A DNA stretch of 64,000 nt. Source: Carcharhinus longimanus. Taxonomy: Eukaryota. The stretch spans positions 140,929,838-140,993,837 of the forward strand of contig JASCQW010000001.1 of assembly GCA_030264375.1 (NCBI GenBank), in the 5' to 3' direction. Within the stretch, counting starts at the first letter, position 1, and each line of letters begins with the position of its first letter. Position numbers and translations under genes: made by a program. Shown here in pieces: positions 1 to 11,320 of this stretch. The notes beneath the pieces were generated by a model. It saw nothing but the letters and a program-made list of their open reading frames with translations. It was not told the DNA's origin and searched no databases.

Positions 1-539
1 CATGAGGCTGATTTAAATATTCAGCAGTAATTTGAATCCTTTTAGTGAGCTTTGTACTGTCCAGGCTCACTTGGATTTCCAGCTTCACCAGTGAAGGTTC
101 CCACCAGTGGGGATCACAGCTGTCAGTGATTCTAGTTGCCATGGGCTCTGTTATAGCTAGCCCCACAATGCAGAAGACTCTCTCAAGAGGTACTGGTATT
201 CTTCTCCCTCCCAGCTCTGCTTTGCTCCCTTCCAGTGAGTGCAACCTGGTCCTGCCGAAGAGAGGGAGAGGACAGAGGACAGAATGCTAATAATCGTGTT
301 GTACTGTATGGACAATGTGCCTGTCACAACTGACTAGTTGAAAACACGTGGAAGCAATGTGAACTAGGTGTGAGGCTGGCATTGTTGGAATGTGTGTGAT
401 GGTGAGCTATGGTTATTTGGATGTTAGGCATGTGTCCTGGCTGCTAGGGGGTGCTGCTGGATGAGTGATGGGGCTGTGGTACATTGAGTAGCATGTGGAT
501 TTGGGGATTGATAGGTAGATGTTGTGTAAAGTTGCATTC

Positions 540-730
540 ATTGACATTGACCACCTAAGTGAGAACATTAGTCTTTCTTGTGGCACAAGGTCCTCAGGAG
601 TCAACCTCCCATGTCACCTTTTCCCATTTTCTTTGGAGTCCTCCACTGAAACATGGCCATGTCCCCTTCACCACAAAGGCCTTCTTTGCTGCATCCTTGA
701 ACCAGGAGCCCCCTCTCTGTCCTGAGGTTG
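540..730 (-). mobile_element. Degenerate Myb/SANT-like DNA-binding domain remnant (PIF/Harbinger accessory gene)
   Basis: Minus translation FKDAAKKAFV...GLQRKWEKVTWEVDS...RKTNVLT resembles the Harbinger Myb/SANT pattern (FSDAALE...RQWEQVAxEVN...RKKFNDLT); stops and frameshifts present. Confidence 0.5.
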
Positions 731-959
731 CATTTGTGTAGTTCCTGTATGCAACCTGTGATAGTACAGCTAGCCAACTACATCTTCTTTCCACTGAGTG
801 GCACTTCCCTTGAACAGAGATAGGCTGTCTTTAAGAGGAACAGGCTGACTGTACCATATGCTTTTAATGCATCTTGCATGGCCCACTGCAGAGCAATCAG
901 ACAGCATGCAGTTCAGGCTCTGCTCAAACAAATGCTACAGCCATTTCAATGAGACAGAT

Positions 960-1279
960 GGGCAGCACACTGACATAATGGTTAGTACTGCTGCCTCACA
1001 GCGCCAGGGACACAGGTTCAATTCCAGCCTCAAGTGACTGTCTGTGTGAAGTCTGCACGTTCTCCCCATGTCTGCGTGAGTTTCCTCTGGGTGCTCATGT
1101 TTCCTCCCACAGTCCAAGAGACGAGTTGGTTAGGTGCATTGGCCATGCTAAATTCTCCCTCCGTGTACCTGAACAGGCACTTGAGCGTGACAACTAAGGG
1201 AATTACATGAACACTGCACTTCATTGCAGTATTAAGGTAAGCCTACTTGTGCCACTGATAAATAAAAAATAAATAAATA
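960..1279 (+). mobile_element. HE1-type tRNA-derived V-SINE, tail variant 2 (…GTAAGCCTACTTGTG…AATAAA)
   Basis: A-box-like ATGGTTAGTACTGCTGCCTCACAGCGCC, B-box GGTTCAATTCC, core GGGTGCTC…TTTCCTCCCACAGTCCAA, A-rich tail. Confidence 0.85.
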
Positions 1280-1639
1280 GGTCCTGTACTACACAGTGCA
1301 AGTACAGACCACTTAACCATAGCAATCCATTTATGCTGCCCTCAACCCTCTTGCCATCCTTCCTTATCTAACAGGGCAGATCTATATTGACTTTACTCTC
1401 ATATGCCTATCTAGCCTCCCAGGTGGCTATTGAATAGCTGTGGGGAGATGTTTACCTCACATGTTGGGGAACCTGATCCCCAACATGAAATTCAACCACA
1501 AATGTGATCTGGTTTCAAAACAAATTTAAGATAACTTCTCCGGTTTTTCTATTCTATTGCTCTATAAATGAACCCAAATGAAGCTTGGTTTGCTTCCTGT
1601 CTAAATAACCTTGATGGCAACTTTTAGTGTTTTTTATAA

Positions 1640-1790
1640 CAGAAACATAGAAAATAAAAGCAGGAGTAGGCCATTTGGCCCTTCATGCCTGCTCTGCCAT
1701 TCATTTAATTATGGCCGATCTTCAAATTCAATATCCTGATCCTGCCACAGTCCCCTCACCCCCAAGAGCTATATCTATTACGCCACTCCT
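1640..1790 (-). mobile_element. CR1 LINE 3' end fragment
   Basis: Reverse complement of the CR1 terminus (…GGCCAAATGGCCTACTCCTGC…CTATGTTTC). Confidence 0.65.
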
Positions 1791-1934
1791 TGATCCCTTG
1801 CTCTGCTATCCCATTCATCTTCTTATTTTACAAGTAAGAACATAGTATTAAAGTATTTCTTACCAAAATATAGAAAGTCATCAAAAGACTCTGTCTATAT
1901 TGCACTGTCTCGAGGCAGTTATTGGTAACCTTGA

Positions 1935-2062
1935 GGGTCAAATTTTACTGTCCCACCCGCCACAGCAACTGGAGTGGATGAGGGGCAGACCATGGAAAGG
2001 TCTATTGACCCCGGGTGAGATTTTCCAGTTGTGGGGTGAGCGAGGCCAGAAAATCCCATCTG
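1935..2062 (+). mobile_element. ~130-bp MITE-like element
   Basis: Similar to 9435-9563 and to the reverse complement of 53640-53750; ends AATTTTAC…GAAAATCCC form imperfect terminal inverted repeats. Confidence 0.5.
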
Positions 2063-2174
2063 AAAAGTCACTTATTAGAATTTGACTGCTCCCCAAATTG
2101 GAGTTGATTAGCTGTCATTGATTCCAGCAAAAAAGAATGCTGTCTTACCTAGTTATTCTCCCCCTGTCCTTCAG

Positions 2175-2500
2175 GCAGCACAGTGACACGGTGGTTAGCA
2201 ATGCTGCCTCACAGCGCCAGGGACCCCCAGGTTCGATTCCTGGCTTGGGTCACTGTCAGCACAGAATTTGCATGTTTACCTGTGTCTTCTTGGGTTTCCT
2301 CCGGGTGCTCCAGTTTCCTCCCACAGTCCAAAGATGTGTGGGTTAGGTGGGCTGGCCATGCTAAATTGTCCCTTAGTATCAGTGGGGATTAGGAGGGTAA
2401 ATACATGGAGTTATGGGAATAAGGCCTGGGTGGGATTGTTGTCGTGTGCAGGTTTGATGGGCTGAATGGCCTTCTTCTGCACCATAGGGATTCTATGGTT
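2175..2500 (+). mobile_element. HE1-type V-SINE, CR1-like tail variant 1 (…GGGATTCTATG)
   Basis: GTGGTTAGCAATGCTGCCTCACAGCGCC, GGTTCGATTCC, V-SINE core, tail GATGGGCTGAATGGCCTTCTTCTGCAC…ATTCTATG. Confidence 0.9.
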
Positions 2501-3760
2501 CTCTCTTTCAGGATTTTTGTGATGATCTGATGTATTTAGATATGATTGGTCTAGAGCATGCAGCCCCTTGATACTGTTTCCAAAGGGATGTTCAATCAGT
2601 AGTGTAGAGCAGGCAGTGTCCATTTCTTTTCCTCTTCGGAGGGACAGCACTCCACTTGGCAACATGGCTGAGAACTGCCAAACTGTGCTAGCAACGAAGC
2701 AGAGGGAAGAGCTCTGTGATAAGCAGCCCTGGAAACTTAAAAAAAAACTGTTCCCATCTGGTCAGGAAGCCAGCGATGTTATTGCTATCCTGCCATACTG
2801 AGATGCCATCTGAACAGCGTCATTGAATTTTTGGCCACATTAAAGGCTTATTTAAACCCTGCTTGCACAAACACAGCTGCAAAGAGGATATACTTCAGAA
2901 GTGAATAACTTTTTAAGTTGCATATTAAACAAGTTTCACAGACTTCGTTATTCCATTTGTGTTGCAATATCAGTTGTTTTAGTCATAAAGCATTTTTTCT
3001 TAAAGTAGGCATGTAAAATGCCATCCACCAGAATGATGTATCTCTGTCAGTCAAAGGCATGTATTCCACATCTTGTATTCCTGTGAGATGTCAGTCAGTT
3101 AAGAAATCATGCACGCATACATATTAGATCATTAAATAATCCTTGGGGAATGGGAAAGGAGAAGGTAGGATCTCCAATACTCATGAGCTAGAAAATGTAA
3201 AGTCAAAAATTGCAAGTTTAATATGTTTAAAAAAAAATGCTTGGGCGGTCCAGGAGCCTACGCCGGAAGGTCCATACCTCCATTTATTCAGAGGATTTAT
3301 ATTCCCAACTACCACGTTGAACTATAATACCAACGATAGCACAAGATGTAGAAAGTCATGTTTCCATTCCACAGAGCTCAGATCTTGTGTACTGTCGTTC
3401 AAATGTTCCCATATCCCTGAGAAGATTTTTCCTTTGTTCTCATTCAATGCATAAAAAGGAGTGTTTCACTGCAGCCCAGTAATCTCAGAGATGAGGGGAA
3501 AAAAAACTTCATTGGAGACTTTGAATGGAATTGCTTCCTAATATTAACAGCAATGGTGGCTGAAGGCTGCCAGATTGTCTATGTTTATGCAGATAAAAAT
3601 ATAAACACTTCAAAATACGGACTAAGAAGAGTGAGTGCAGTAGTTTCAGATAGGGTAACAGCCATTATTACTGTTTCTTTGTGGATTCTGCAAGGCTCAC
3701 ATCAGAGTTACAGCAGTAACCAAGTAGAAAGCCAATGAAATATTTGGAATCACATCCTTT

Positions 3761-4170
3761 TAAGACCATAAGATATAGGAGCAGAATTAGGCCATTCGGC
3801 CCATCAAGTCTGCACTGTCATTCAATCATGACTGATAGGATTCTCATTCCCATTGGCCTGCCTTCTCCCCATAACCCTTGATCCCCTTGTTGATCAAGAA
3901 CCAATCTATCTCTGTTTTAAAGACAGCCAATGAGCTGGCCTCCACAGCCCCCTGTGACAATGAATTCCACAGATTCACTACGCTGTGGCTGAAGAAATCC
4001 CTCCTCATCTCAGCTTTAAAGGAGCATCCTTTCACCCTGAGGTTGTGCCTTCGAGTTCTAATCTCTCTCACTGGTGGAAACATCCTCTCCATGTCCACTC
4101 TATCTAGGCCTCTCAGTATTCTGTAAGTGTCAATTAGATCCTTCTTCATTCTTCTAAACTCCATCGAGTG
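3761..4170 (-). mobile_element. CR1 LINE 3' fragment (RT C-terminus and 3' UTR)
   Basis: ORF 3844-4236(-) MEFRRMKKDLIDTYRILRGLDRVD…FFSHSVVNLWNSL is the typical CR1 ORF2 C-terminus. Confidence 0.9.
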
Positions 4171-4609
4171 TGGACTCAGACTCTCAAAACTCACTAGCCT
4201 TATTTGATGATATAGAAAATGCTTGCTGTCAAACAACCATCATTGTATTATGAAGGAAAATATAAGCTGATGCTTTATTATGCAGTGGTAATACGTGTTA
4301 AAACTTTTGATGTTCTAGAACAAAAATTATACATTATAACTAATATTTCTAAGGCAGCCTTCCTTTGAAATATAAGTTATAACATATAATTGTTTGTTAT
4401 AGTTTTCTTGTGTTCACAAATGGAGCCTCTGAAAGTGCATCTTTACATCTGGTGACAAAGATAAATTATCATATCACTGCTTCTGGCCCAGTACCTGTGA
4501 GTATCTTGTTTTGATGAAAGTCTAAAAAAATTACTCACCAGAATGCCTGTTTCTGGATGAATTGACCCATTTGAGATATTGAGATATTGCCAGAGGGCAA
4601 CTCTCAGTA

Positions 4610-4898
4610 AAGTTTATTTATTATTATGTTCTCATTTATTAGTCACAAGTAAGGCTTACATTAACACTGCAATAAAGTTACTGTGAAATTACCCTAGTCG
4701 CCACACTCCAGCGCCTGTTCAGGTCAATGCACCTAACCAGCACATTTTTCAGACTGTGGGAGGAAACTGGAGCACGTGGATGAAACCCATGCAGATACGG
4801 GGAAAATGTGCAAACTCCACACAGATAATGACCCAAGCTGGGAATCAATCTCGGGCCCCTGGTGCTGTGAGGCAGCAGTATTAACCACTGTGCTGCCC
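4610..4898 (-). mobile_element. HE1-type V-SINE, tail variant 2
   Basis: Reverse complement of the SINE head (CTGGTGCTGTGAGGCAGCAGTATTAACCACTGTG) and of the variant-2 tail. Confidence 0.85.
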
Positions 4899-5159
4899 AT
4901 AAGCAAGGTCCAAAAGGTCCATAAGCAATGAAGAGCTCAAGGAAGAGGCAACATCGGGCCTCAGAGGAGGCAACGAAAATCTCAGATAGGAGGCAACTGA
5001 ATACCTGAGAAATTGGGCAAACAAAATCCCCAGAAGGTGGTCACAAAGAATATGTTTTTAGTCCCGGGCTATTTCATACATTTATTAAACAAGTGGAACT
5101 GGAAGTTGCTGATTGGGAACTTACGAAATATCACCACTGACTACAAAGTCAATGATTTT

Positions 5160-5330
5160 CAGGAATATGATTAGGCAGGAATGGGCCATTTGGCCCCTCA
5201 AGACCGATCCATTATTCAATAAGAACATGGCTGATTTCACCTTAGCCTCAACTCCCCTTTCCTGACTATTCCCCATACTTCCCAACCTGCACATAACTCA
5301 AGAATCAAATGTAGCCTTGAATACATTCAA
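5160..5330 (-). mobile_element. CR1 LINE 3' end fragment
   Basis: GGCCATTTGGCCCCTCAAG…ATTCAATAAG…ATGGCTGAT pattern shared with the other CR1 ends. Confidence 0.55.
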
Positions 5331-5344
5331 TTATTTTTTTTTTG

Positions 5345-5535
5345 AAATTGTGGCATTTGGTTCTTTTACATTCACTTGACTGAGTTGATCAGGACTCAGT
5401 TTAACAATTTGTTCTAAAGATCGCGCTTCTGACTGTGGAGCACTCTGTCAGCACTGCACTGGAACGTTAGCCGTTATTTTGTACTCAAGTCCCAGATGGG
5501 TCTTGAACCCATAACTTCCTGACTTAAAATGGAGG
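5345..5535 (-). mobile_element. DeuSINE (SacSINE1/AmnSINE1-like) fragment
   Basis: TTTTACATTCACTTGA…GTTTAAC…GAGCACTCTGTCAGCACTGCACTGG…CTTGAACCCATAAC matches my recollection of the Deu domain plus tRNA head, reverse-complemented. Confidence 0.6.
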
Positions 5536-6689
5536 ATTGAACTGCTAGGACTTATAGGGCTGGAGGAGGAACTCAGAGAAGGACAAGGCATGAAGGGTTT
5601 TAAGTAAGGGGTGAACATTTTTAGTTGGAGGCACTGAGGAACTAGTTGGCAATAAAGGTTACTGAGGATGGTGATGGTGAATAAAACTTAGTGCAGCTGG
5701 GTTTATGAAGCATAGATAATGAGAGATCAGCCAAGGCAGCATTGGAATTATCAAGGTTCTGGGGTGGTAAAGACACGAATATTGTTTTCAGCAGCTTGTG
5801 AGTTGAAATACGGTGAAGGTGGACAATGTTATTGGCCAAGGTATTTGAGATGGCAGAGTTTCCCTGCTGGCCATCCACAGGTTCAGTAACAAACATTTCC
5901 CCACCCATACTGACAGTCCAGCAGCCATTTCATGCTCCAATGAGCATTAATTAGCTGGAGACGGGACTTCTGTTCCTCAGTCAGGTGGAAAGTCCTACAT
6001 CAGAGAGCTGCCTTCCAAGGTAGATGAGACTGAGGGTAAGAGAAACCAGAGAGCTTGGCACAAGAGGGGCTGGGGCGTGGTAGAGAGGCCACAGGAATCA
6101 GATCTTTTGGGAGGGTGCCCAATGTTCAAAGGGTGTTGCTGATGGAGCCACATTACCACCTTCCCACCCGTGACCTTGACAGGGTTCATTTTAGGGCTTC
6201 CCCCTACTTCCTAAGCTCTTTCCCCCAGCCTAAAAATTGAGGCTGGTTGATAAACAGCTTTTGAGAGATCAATCATTGGCCACTTATGAGTCTCAATTGA
6301 GGCAAGGGCAGGTGGGATGGCCTAGACCTCACCCGACCTAGCAGAGAAGATGTGTAGGCAGCGATCCAGTCGGAAGGGCCTCCGAAAGATTTTACAGATA
6401 CCCCTGCCTACAAACTTGCCATCAGGGGAATGTAAAATTCTGCCCAGAGAGATGGAAGTCAGTGATCTTTGTGATGGAAGCTCAGTTCGAGATTGAAAAG
6501 GATATTGACCTGCCAAAAGTTTTGATTCAAAATAAGACAGTGGTCAACAGATAAAGATGGAATCAATACACGATACAAAGCTAAAGAACAGCAGTCTGTT
6601 CAGTGTCCATCCTAAGACTTAACAATCCTGAGGAAAATTACCTGTGCCCCAGGAGGCACGTTGTGGCATGGAGCACATATCTTTATCTC

Positions 6690-6805
6690 AGATCCCAGGG
6701 GAGAACATGCAAACTCCACATAGACAGTCACCCAAGGCCATAATTGAAAGTGGGTCCCTGGTGCTGTAAGGTAGCAGTGCTAACTACTATGCTACCATAG
6801 TGCCC
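6690..6805 (-). mobile_element. HE1-type SINE 5' fragment
   Basis: GGGGAGAACATGCAAACTCCACATAGACAGTCACCCAAGGCC…CCCTGGTGCTGTAAGGTAGCAGTGCTAAC. Confidence 0.75.
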
Positions 6806-7509
6806 TAACTGTGGCGTTGTATAAATTGGCTGTCCTGGTAAAGAACACATTTGCATTTTGTTTGTTGCCCTAATGGAGAATAAACTGACTGACCTGAACT
6901 TTCAACAGTTCAACAAACCACTTCTTCCTTGATCAATTAGCTAGATACTACCATTAACTTTAAGGGAATGTGGGAAGGTGACTGAAATAGGTCAGATAGA
7001 TGTATTACACACTAAAGTCAGTATTGACATAGTTCCACATAGATGCTTCTTCAACCCATTCTCCAAACTTGTTTATGCTGTGTTTATGCTGGAGTGTAAA
7101 TTTGCCTGAACTAAATCTGGTGGAGCTTGTTCCAATCCAACAGTCCTCGCAGGTCTATCTGCCATTTGCAGCCTCTTCTAGCCTGGAAATTGAAGCCTTC
7201 TGTTTAGATTTGTTGGGATAAAGAAACAGGATTAAATTCCATGCAAAATCCAATTACCAACAGTTCATCAGAAAAAAAAGAACATAAACAACACCACTGC
7301 TTCCAGTGGTTGTTACTGCTACTGTTAATGCTGTTTTTTATCAGTGTTACAGACTCAGTTGCTTTCTCCAAGCTAAAAATTTCACAAAGGATTCTTAGGG
7401 AAGCTTCAGCATTTATTGTACTTCAATTATCTGTATGACAATTCTTCTTCCTCTGATAACTAAGGAATGTATGTTCACAAAAGGCCACTGCTTTCAGGAA
7501 AAGCTAGTC

Positions 7510-7782
7510 CATATGACCATAAGATATAGGAGCAGAATTAGGCCGTTTGGCCCACTGAGTCTGCGCTGTCATTCAAGCATGGCTAATATGATTCTCATCC
7601 CCGTTCTCCTGCCTTCTCTCCAATACCTCTGATCTCCTTATTGATCAAGAACCTATTATCTCTGTCTTTAAGACACTCAATGACCCGGCCTCTGTGGCAA
7701 TGGGTTCCACAGATTCATTACCCTCTGGCTGAAGAAGTTCCTCCTCATCTCAGTTTTAAAGGAGCGTTCCCTTCAATCTGAG
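7510..7782 (-). mobile_element. CR1 LINE 3' fragment (same subfamily as 3761-4170)
   Basis: Close match to 3761-4040 (GACCATAAGATATAGGAGCAGAATTAGGCC…TGGCTGAAGAA…CTCCTCATCTCAG). Confidence 0.85.
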
Positions 7783-8499
7783 TTTAGCAAGTAATATTCT
7801 ACCAAATACAAAGGAAAAGACCACTCCCTGAATTTTCAGGATGGTAAGCACTCAACGCCCGTCATCCTGAGAGTGGATGTGGAAAACATCCCCCCACGTC
7901 TGACAGGCCTATTGGCATAGTACACTCAAAAAAAAACTAGTCTCAGTTCCACTCCTCTCCCCTTCAAACTTAACATGAAATGCAATCATATGATTGCTGC
8001 TTAAGGGTTCCTTCACCATGAGGTCATTGAAGATGAAGATCTTGTTAAGATAATTGACAGATTATTGCATCCCCCCCCCCCCCTAACCCTGTCACACCCT
8101 CTGAGAGTGAATTTGGAGATGGGAGAGGGATTTAATTGGGCAGGAGTGGGGACCCTGCTGCCTTACCACCTCTGGCCATTTAACCACAGAGATAGAAAGC
8201 ACATGCCTGATGGGCACTTAATTCAGCAAGTCTTACTAATGGAGGCAATGCAGGGCTCCCACTGGTTCTCCAGCTGGCTGGTGATACCCCGTTGCCAAAG
8301 TGAAATTCTGCTGCGTAAAGTAGAAAATAGTAAAAAGTTCTTTACAACTGCCAAATTGCACATAACACTAATTAGTACAAAAAATACCTGAAATAGCTTA
8401 ATAACTAGCAACGCAAGGTATTTTTGAAGTATAGCCATGTAAAGAAATACAATAACCAAATTGCCCACCGCAAGTTCCCACAAACATAATTCCAACAAT

Positions 8500-8755
8500 T
8501 TGTGGTGGTGCCAGAGAACTAGATTCGATTCTTGGCTTGAGTCACTGTGTGAAGTTTACACATTCTCCCTGTGTCTGCATGGGTTACCTCCAGGTGCTCC
8601 AGTTTCCTCCTACGGTCTGAAAGATGTGCTTGGCCATCCTAAATTCTCTCTCAGTGTACCCAAACAGGCGCCAGAGTGTGGCAACTAGTGGATTTTCAAA
8701 GTAACTTCATTGCAGTGTTAATGTATGCCTACATGTGATGCTAATAAATAAACTA
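8500..8755 (+). mobile_element. HE1-type V-SINE, 5'-eroded, tail variant 2
   Basis: GATTCGATTCTTGGCTTGAGTCACTG…core…GTAACTTCATTGCAGTGTTAATG…AATAAATAAACT. Confidence 0.8.
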
Positions 8756-9434
8756 GGTATATTTTCAGTATTTTCACCTATTATTTTAATTGCCAAGGTT
8801 ATAAACAGCTGAACAATTTGTTTCTGATGAAGCATACATCTTATCCAAAAAAAATCAAGTCTGCAGTCTGGCTGCTATCTCTGAGCATAAATATTTAATG
8901 GCAAGATAAGTATAAGAGAAACGTGTGATAAATGCAGGCAATCCCATCGGAAGATATTGGAAATGAATGTGACAAGAAGATACATCTGTTACACAGTCAC
9001 TCTGCCTCTTTTTATGACACACTGAAGAAAAGTAATTGCGGACTTTCTTTAACATTTTATCATGTTGTCAATATACAAATTCCATTAAAAAGTTTGCCTT
9101 TCTCCACAGGGGACATTGTTCAGCTCTGAATAGAGAAAAAAACTTAGCTTCAGTATCTCCCACACTTTTTATTTCACTGCCATAAAGTTTAATTGTTTAA
9201 TTGTCTAGCTTTGTATATCCAGCTGTGTGGACATATGTGGATCCCGTTTAAACGAAGTGGCACTAAAAAGGTTCTAAAAGCCTGTGAGAAGGGAAGGGGG
9301 GAGGTAGGGGAGTCAAACATGCACAAGAAGTCTTAATGAGGTGCACTCCAAAGAAAGCGCCAAGAGTTCCTCTGTCTATTTGCAACATGTGTCACAGTGA
9401 AATGCTGTCAATAGAGAATTCAATATATATAGAT

Positions 9435-9563
9435 GGTTGCCATAATTCTACTGCCCTGCCTGCCGTACAATCGGAGTGGGCCAGGGACAGACAATGGTAA
9501 GGTCTGTTGACCTCGGGCGGGATCTTCTAGTCTCAGGTTGAACGCAGCTGTAAAATCCTGCCT
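9435..9563 (+). mobile_element. ~130-bp MITE-like element
   Basis: Similar to 1935-2062 (…GGTCTGTTGACCTCGGGCGGGATCTT…GTAAAATCCTGCC). Confidence 0.5.
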
Positions 9564-9674
9564 GGTATCTCACTAAAAGTCCCATAATTTTGGATCAACA
9601 CCTTTCAAATCTGAGATTATAGATGTTATTTTGACTTTGTCTAACAGTGTAAAACAGGCAATAGTGGATATCTT

Positions 9675-9995
9675 TCAATTTGATTTATTGTCACATGTAT
9701 TGGGGTACAGGGAAAGGTATTGTTTCTTGCGCGCTGCATACCATTCCAAGAGCACATGACAGATCAGCTTAAATATGGTAGGTCCATTCAAAACACTGAT
9801 AGAGGGAGGAAAGAAGCTGTTCTTGAGTTGGTTGGTCCACGACTTCAGGATTTTGTATGNNNNNNNNNNNNNNNNNNNNNNNNNNNNNNNNNNNNNNNNN
9901 NNNNNNNNNNNNNNNNNNNNNNNNNNNNNNNNNNNNNNNNNAGGAAATGTAGACAGAGTCAATGAATGGGAGGCTGGTTTGCCTGATGGACTATG
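9675..9995 (-). mobile_element. Rex1/Babar LINE 3' fragment (spans a gap)
   Basis: Minus translation YKILKSWTNQLKNSFFPPSISVLN is a Rex/Babar RT C-terminal motif; tail AATAAATCAAAT. Confidence 0.7.
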
Positions 9996-10159
9996 TTCAT
10001 AATTTCCATTGAAGCTGATAAAAGTGAACTGAGAAAAGTCTTAAACTGTTTATCCTACTATTCACCAGAAATGCTGATTTCCATCTTCATGATGTTGTCT
10101 GCCTCGTTAATCTGGCCCTCTCCACTGTCAAAGTCTCTACACAAATGTATATTGACCAG

Positions 10160-10870
10160 AACTACAACATTCATTTAAATAGTGCCTTTAATATAATAAC
10201 ATGTCCCTAGAAACATTGCAGGTGACACACAAATTCTGGCAGCAAATCACATAAAGAGACATTAGAACAGGTGAAAAGGGGGCAGGTTCTTTAAAAATGG
10301 CTTGGAGGAGAGATTGAGGTAGCGAGATTTAAGGAGGGAATTCCAGAGCTTGGGGCAAAGGCAGTTGGAATGTGGCTGCCACTGGCGCGGCAGTAAAAAC
10401 TGGGATGCAGGAAAGGTTAGAACTGAAGCAAGACAAGGGTTATGCACTGGAGGAGGTTACAGAGATAGGGACGGAGTAGATAAGAAAGGATTTGAAGGCA
10501 AGGTTGAGAATTTTAAGGTAGAGGCATTCCCAGACCAGGAGCCAAAGTAAGAATGGAAGCAGGCAAAGAGAGTCCCACTCAACTGGATAACAGAGAAGGG
10601 GTATTCGGAGACGACAGTGTGGCCAACTGTAGCAAAGATTACAGAAGAGTCAAGAAGTGTGAGAAGGAGTGGCTTACAATGGTTACTGTCTCACATTGTG
10701 ACATTGATAAGGGCTATCTTAGTGCTGTGGCAGGAGAGAAACACTTATTTGAAATGTTCAAGCATGCAATTTGGACAGATTTGGAAGATGACAGCATCTT
10801 CAAGGACTTGGGAGACAAAAGGAAGGTTGGAGATGGGGTGATAGTTGACAAGGGCAAAGTGATGAGGCTT
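10160..10870 (-). mobile_element. L2 LINE 3' fragment
   Basis: Minus strand CPKLWNSLLK motif and a 3' tail similar to the L2 pieces at 38095-38760 and 46400-47466. Confidence 0.6.
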
Positions 10871-11089
10871 TTTTTTTGAGGTTTTATAGTATCAAATGGA
10901 ATTTTGATGGGGTTGTGGCTAATTTCTTTGTTCTTCTCTCTCTGGCACTCAAGTCATCCAAATTTAAATCCCTTTCAAGTTCTCTTCTTTAAATTGCTCA
11001 ACGTTCTTGAAAAATGAGAAGAAGCCGTTCCCCCTGGCAAGTGGATCCTAATTAGAGGTTGTGGAAAGAAAGAACTGGAAGGAAAATTC

Positions 11090-11320
11090 AGGGAATTTTT
11101 TTTCTTGGAAGCTTGTTGTGCTCTGGATTGCATTATCTCATAGGGTAAAGGAATATATTTTATAGGAGCTTTCAAAATACAATAGAACATGTATTTTTAC
11201 AGGCTTTTGGGACTAAAGCTAGTCTGTGGAACTAAATTAGGCAAGTCTTTCAAAGACCTGGCACAGGCATCTTGGGCTGGATGGTCCTCTTCTGCATTAT
11301 AAGATTCTATGATTCTGATG
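11090..11320 (+). mobile_element. Degenerate CR1 3' end
   Basis: Ends GGCACAGGCATCTTGGGCTGGATGGTCCTCTTCTGCATTATAAGATTCTATGATTCT. Confidence 0.6.

Noticed and set aside
2183-2240. tRNA-like A and B boxes, here and in many copies
   Set aside because: These are SINE heads, not tRNA genes; no full cloverleaf, and they continue into SINE bodies.
3143-3640. ORF 3143-3454 and possible splice sites at ~3278 (-) and 3551-3630 (+)
   Set aside because: No recognisable protein, and the candidate exons could not be joined into a consistent gene.
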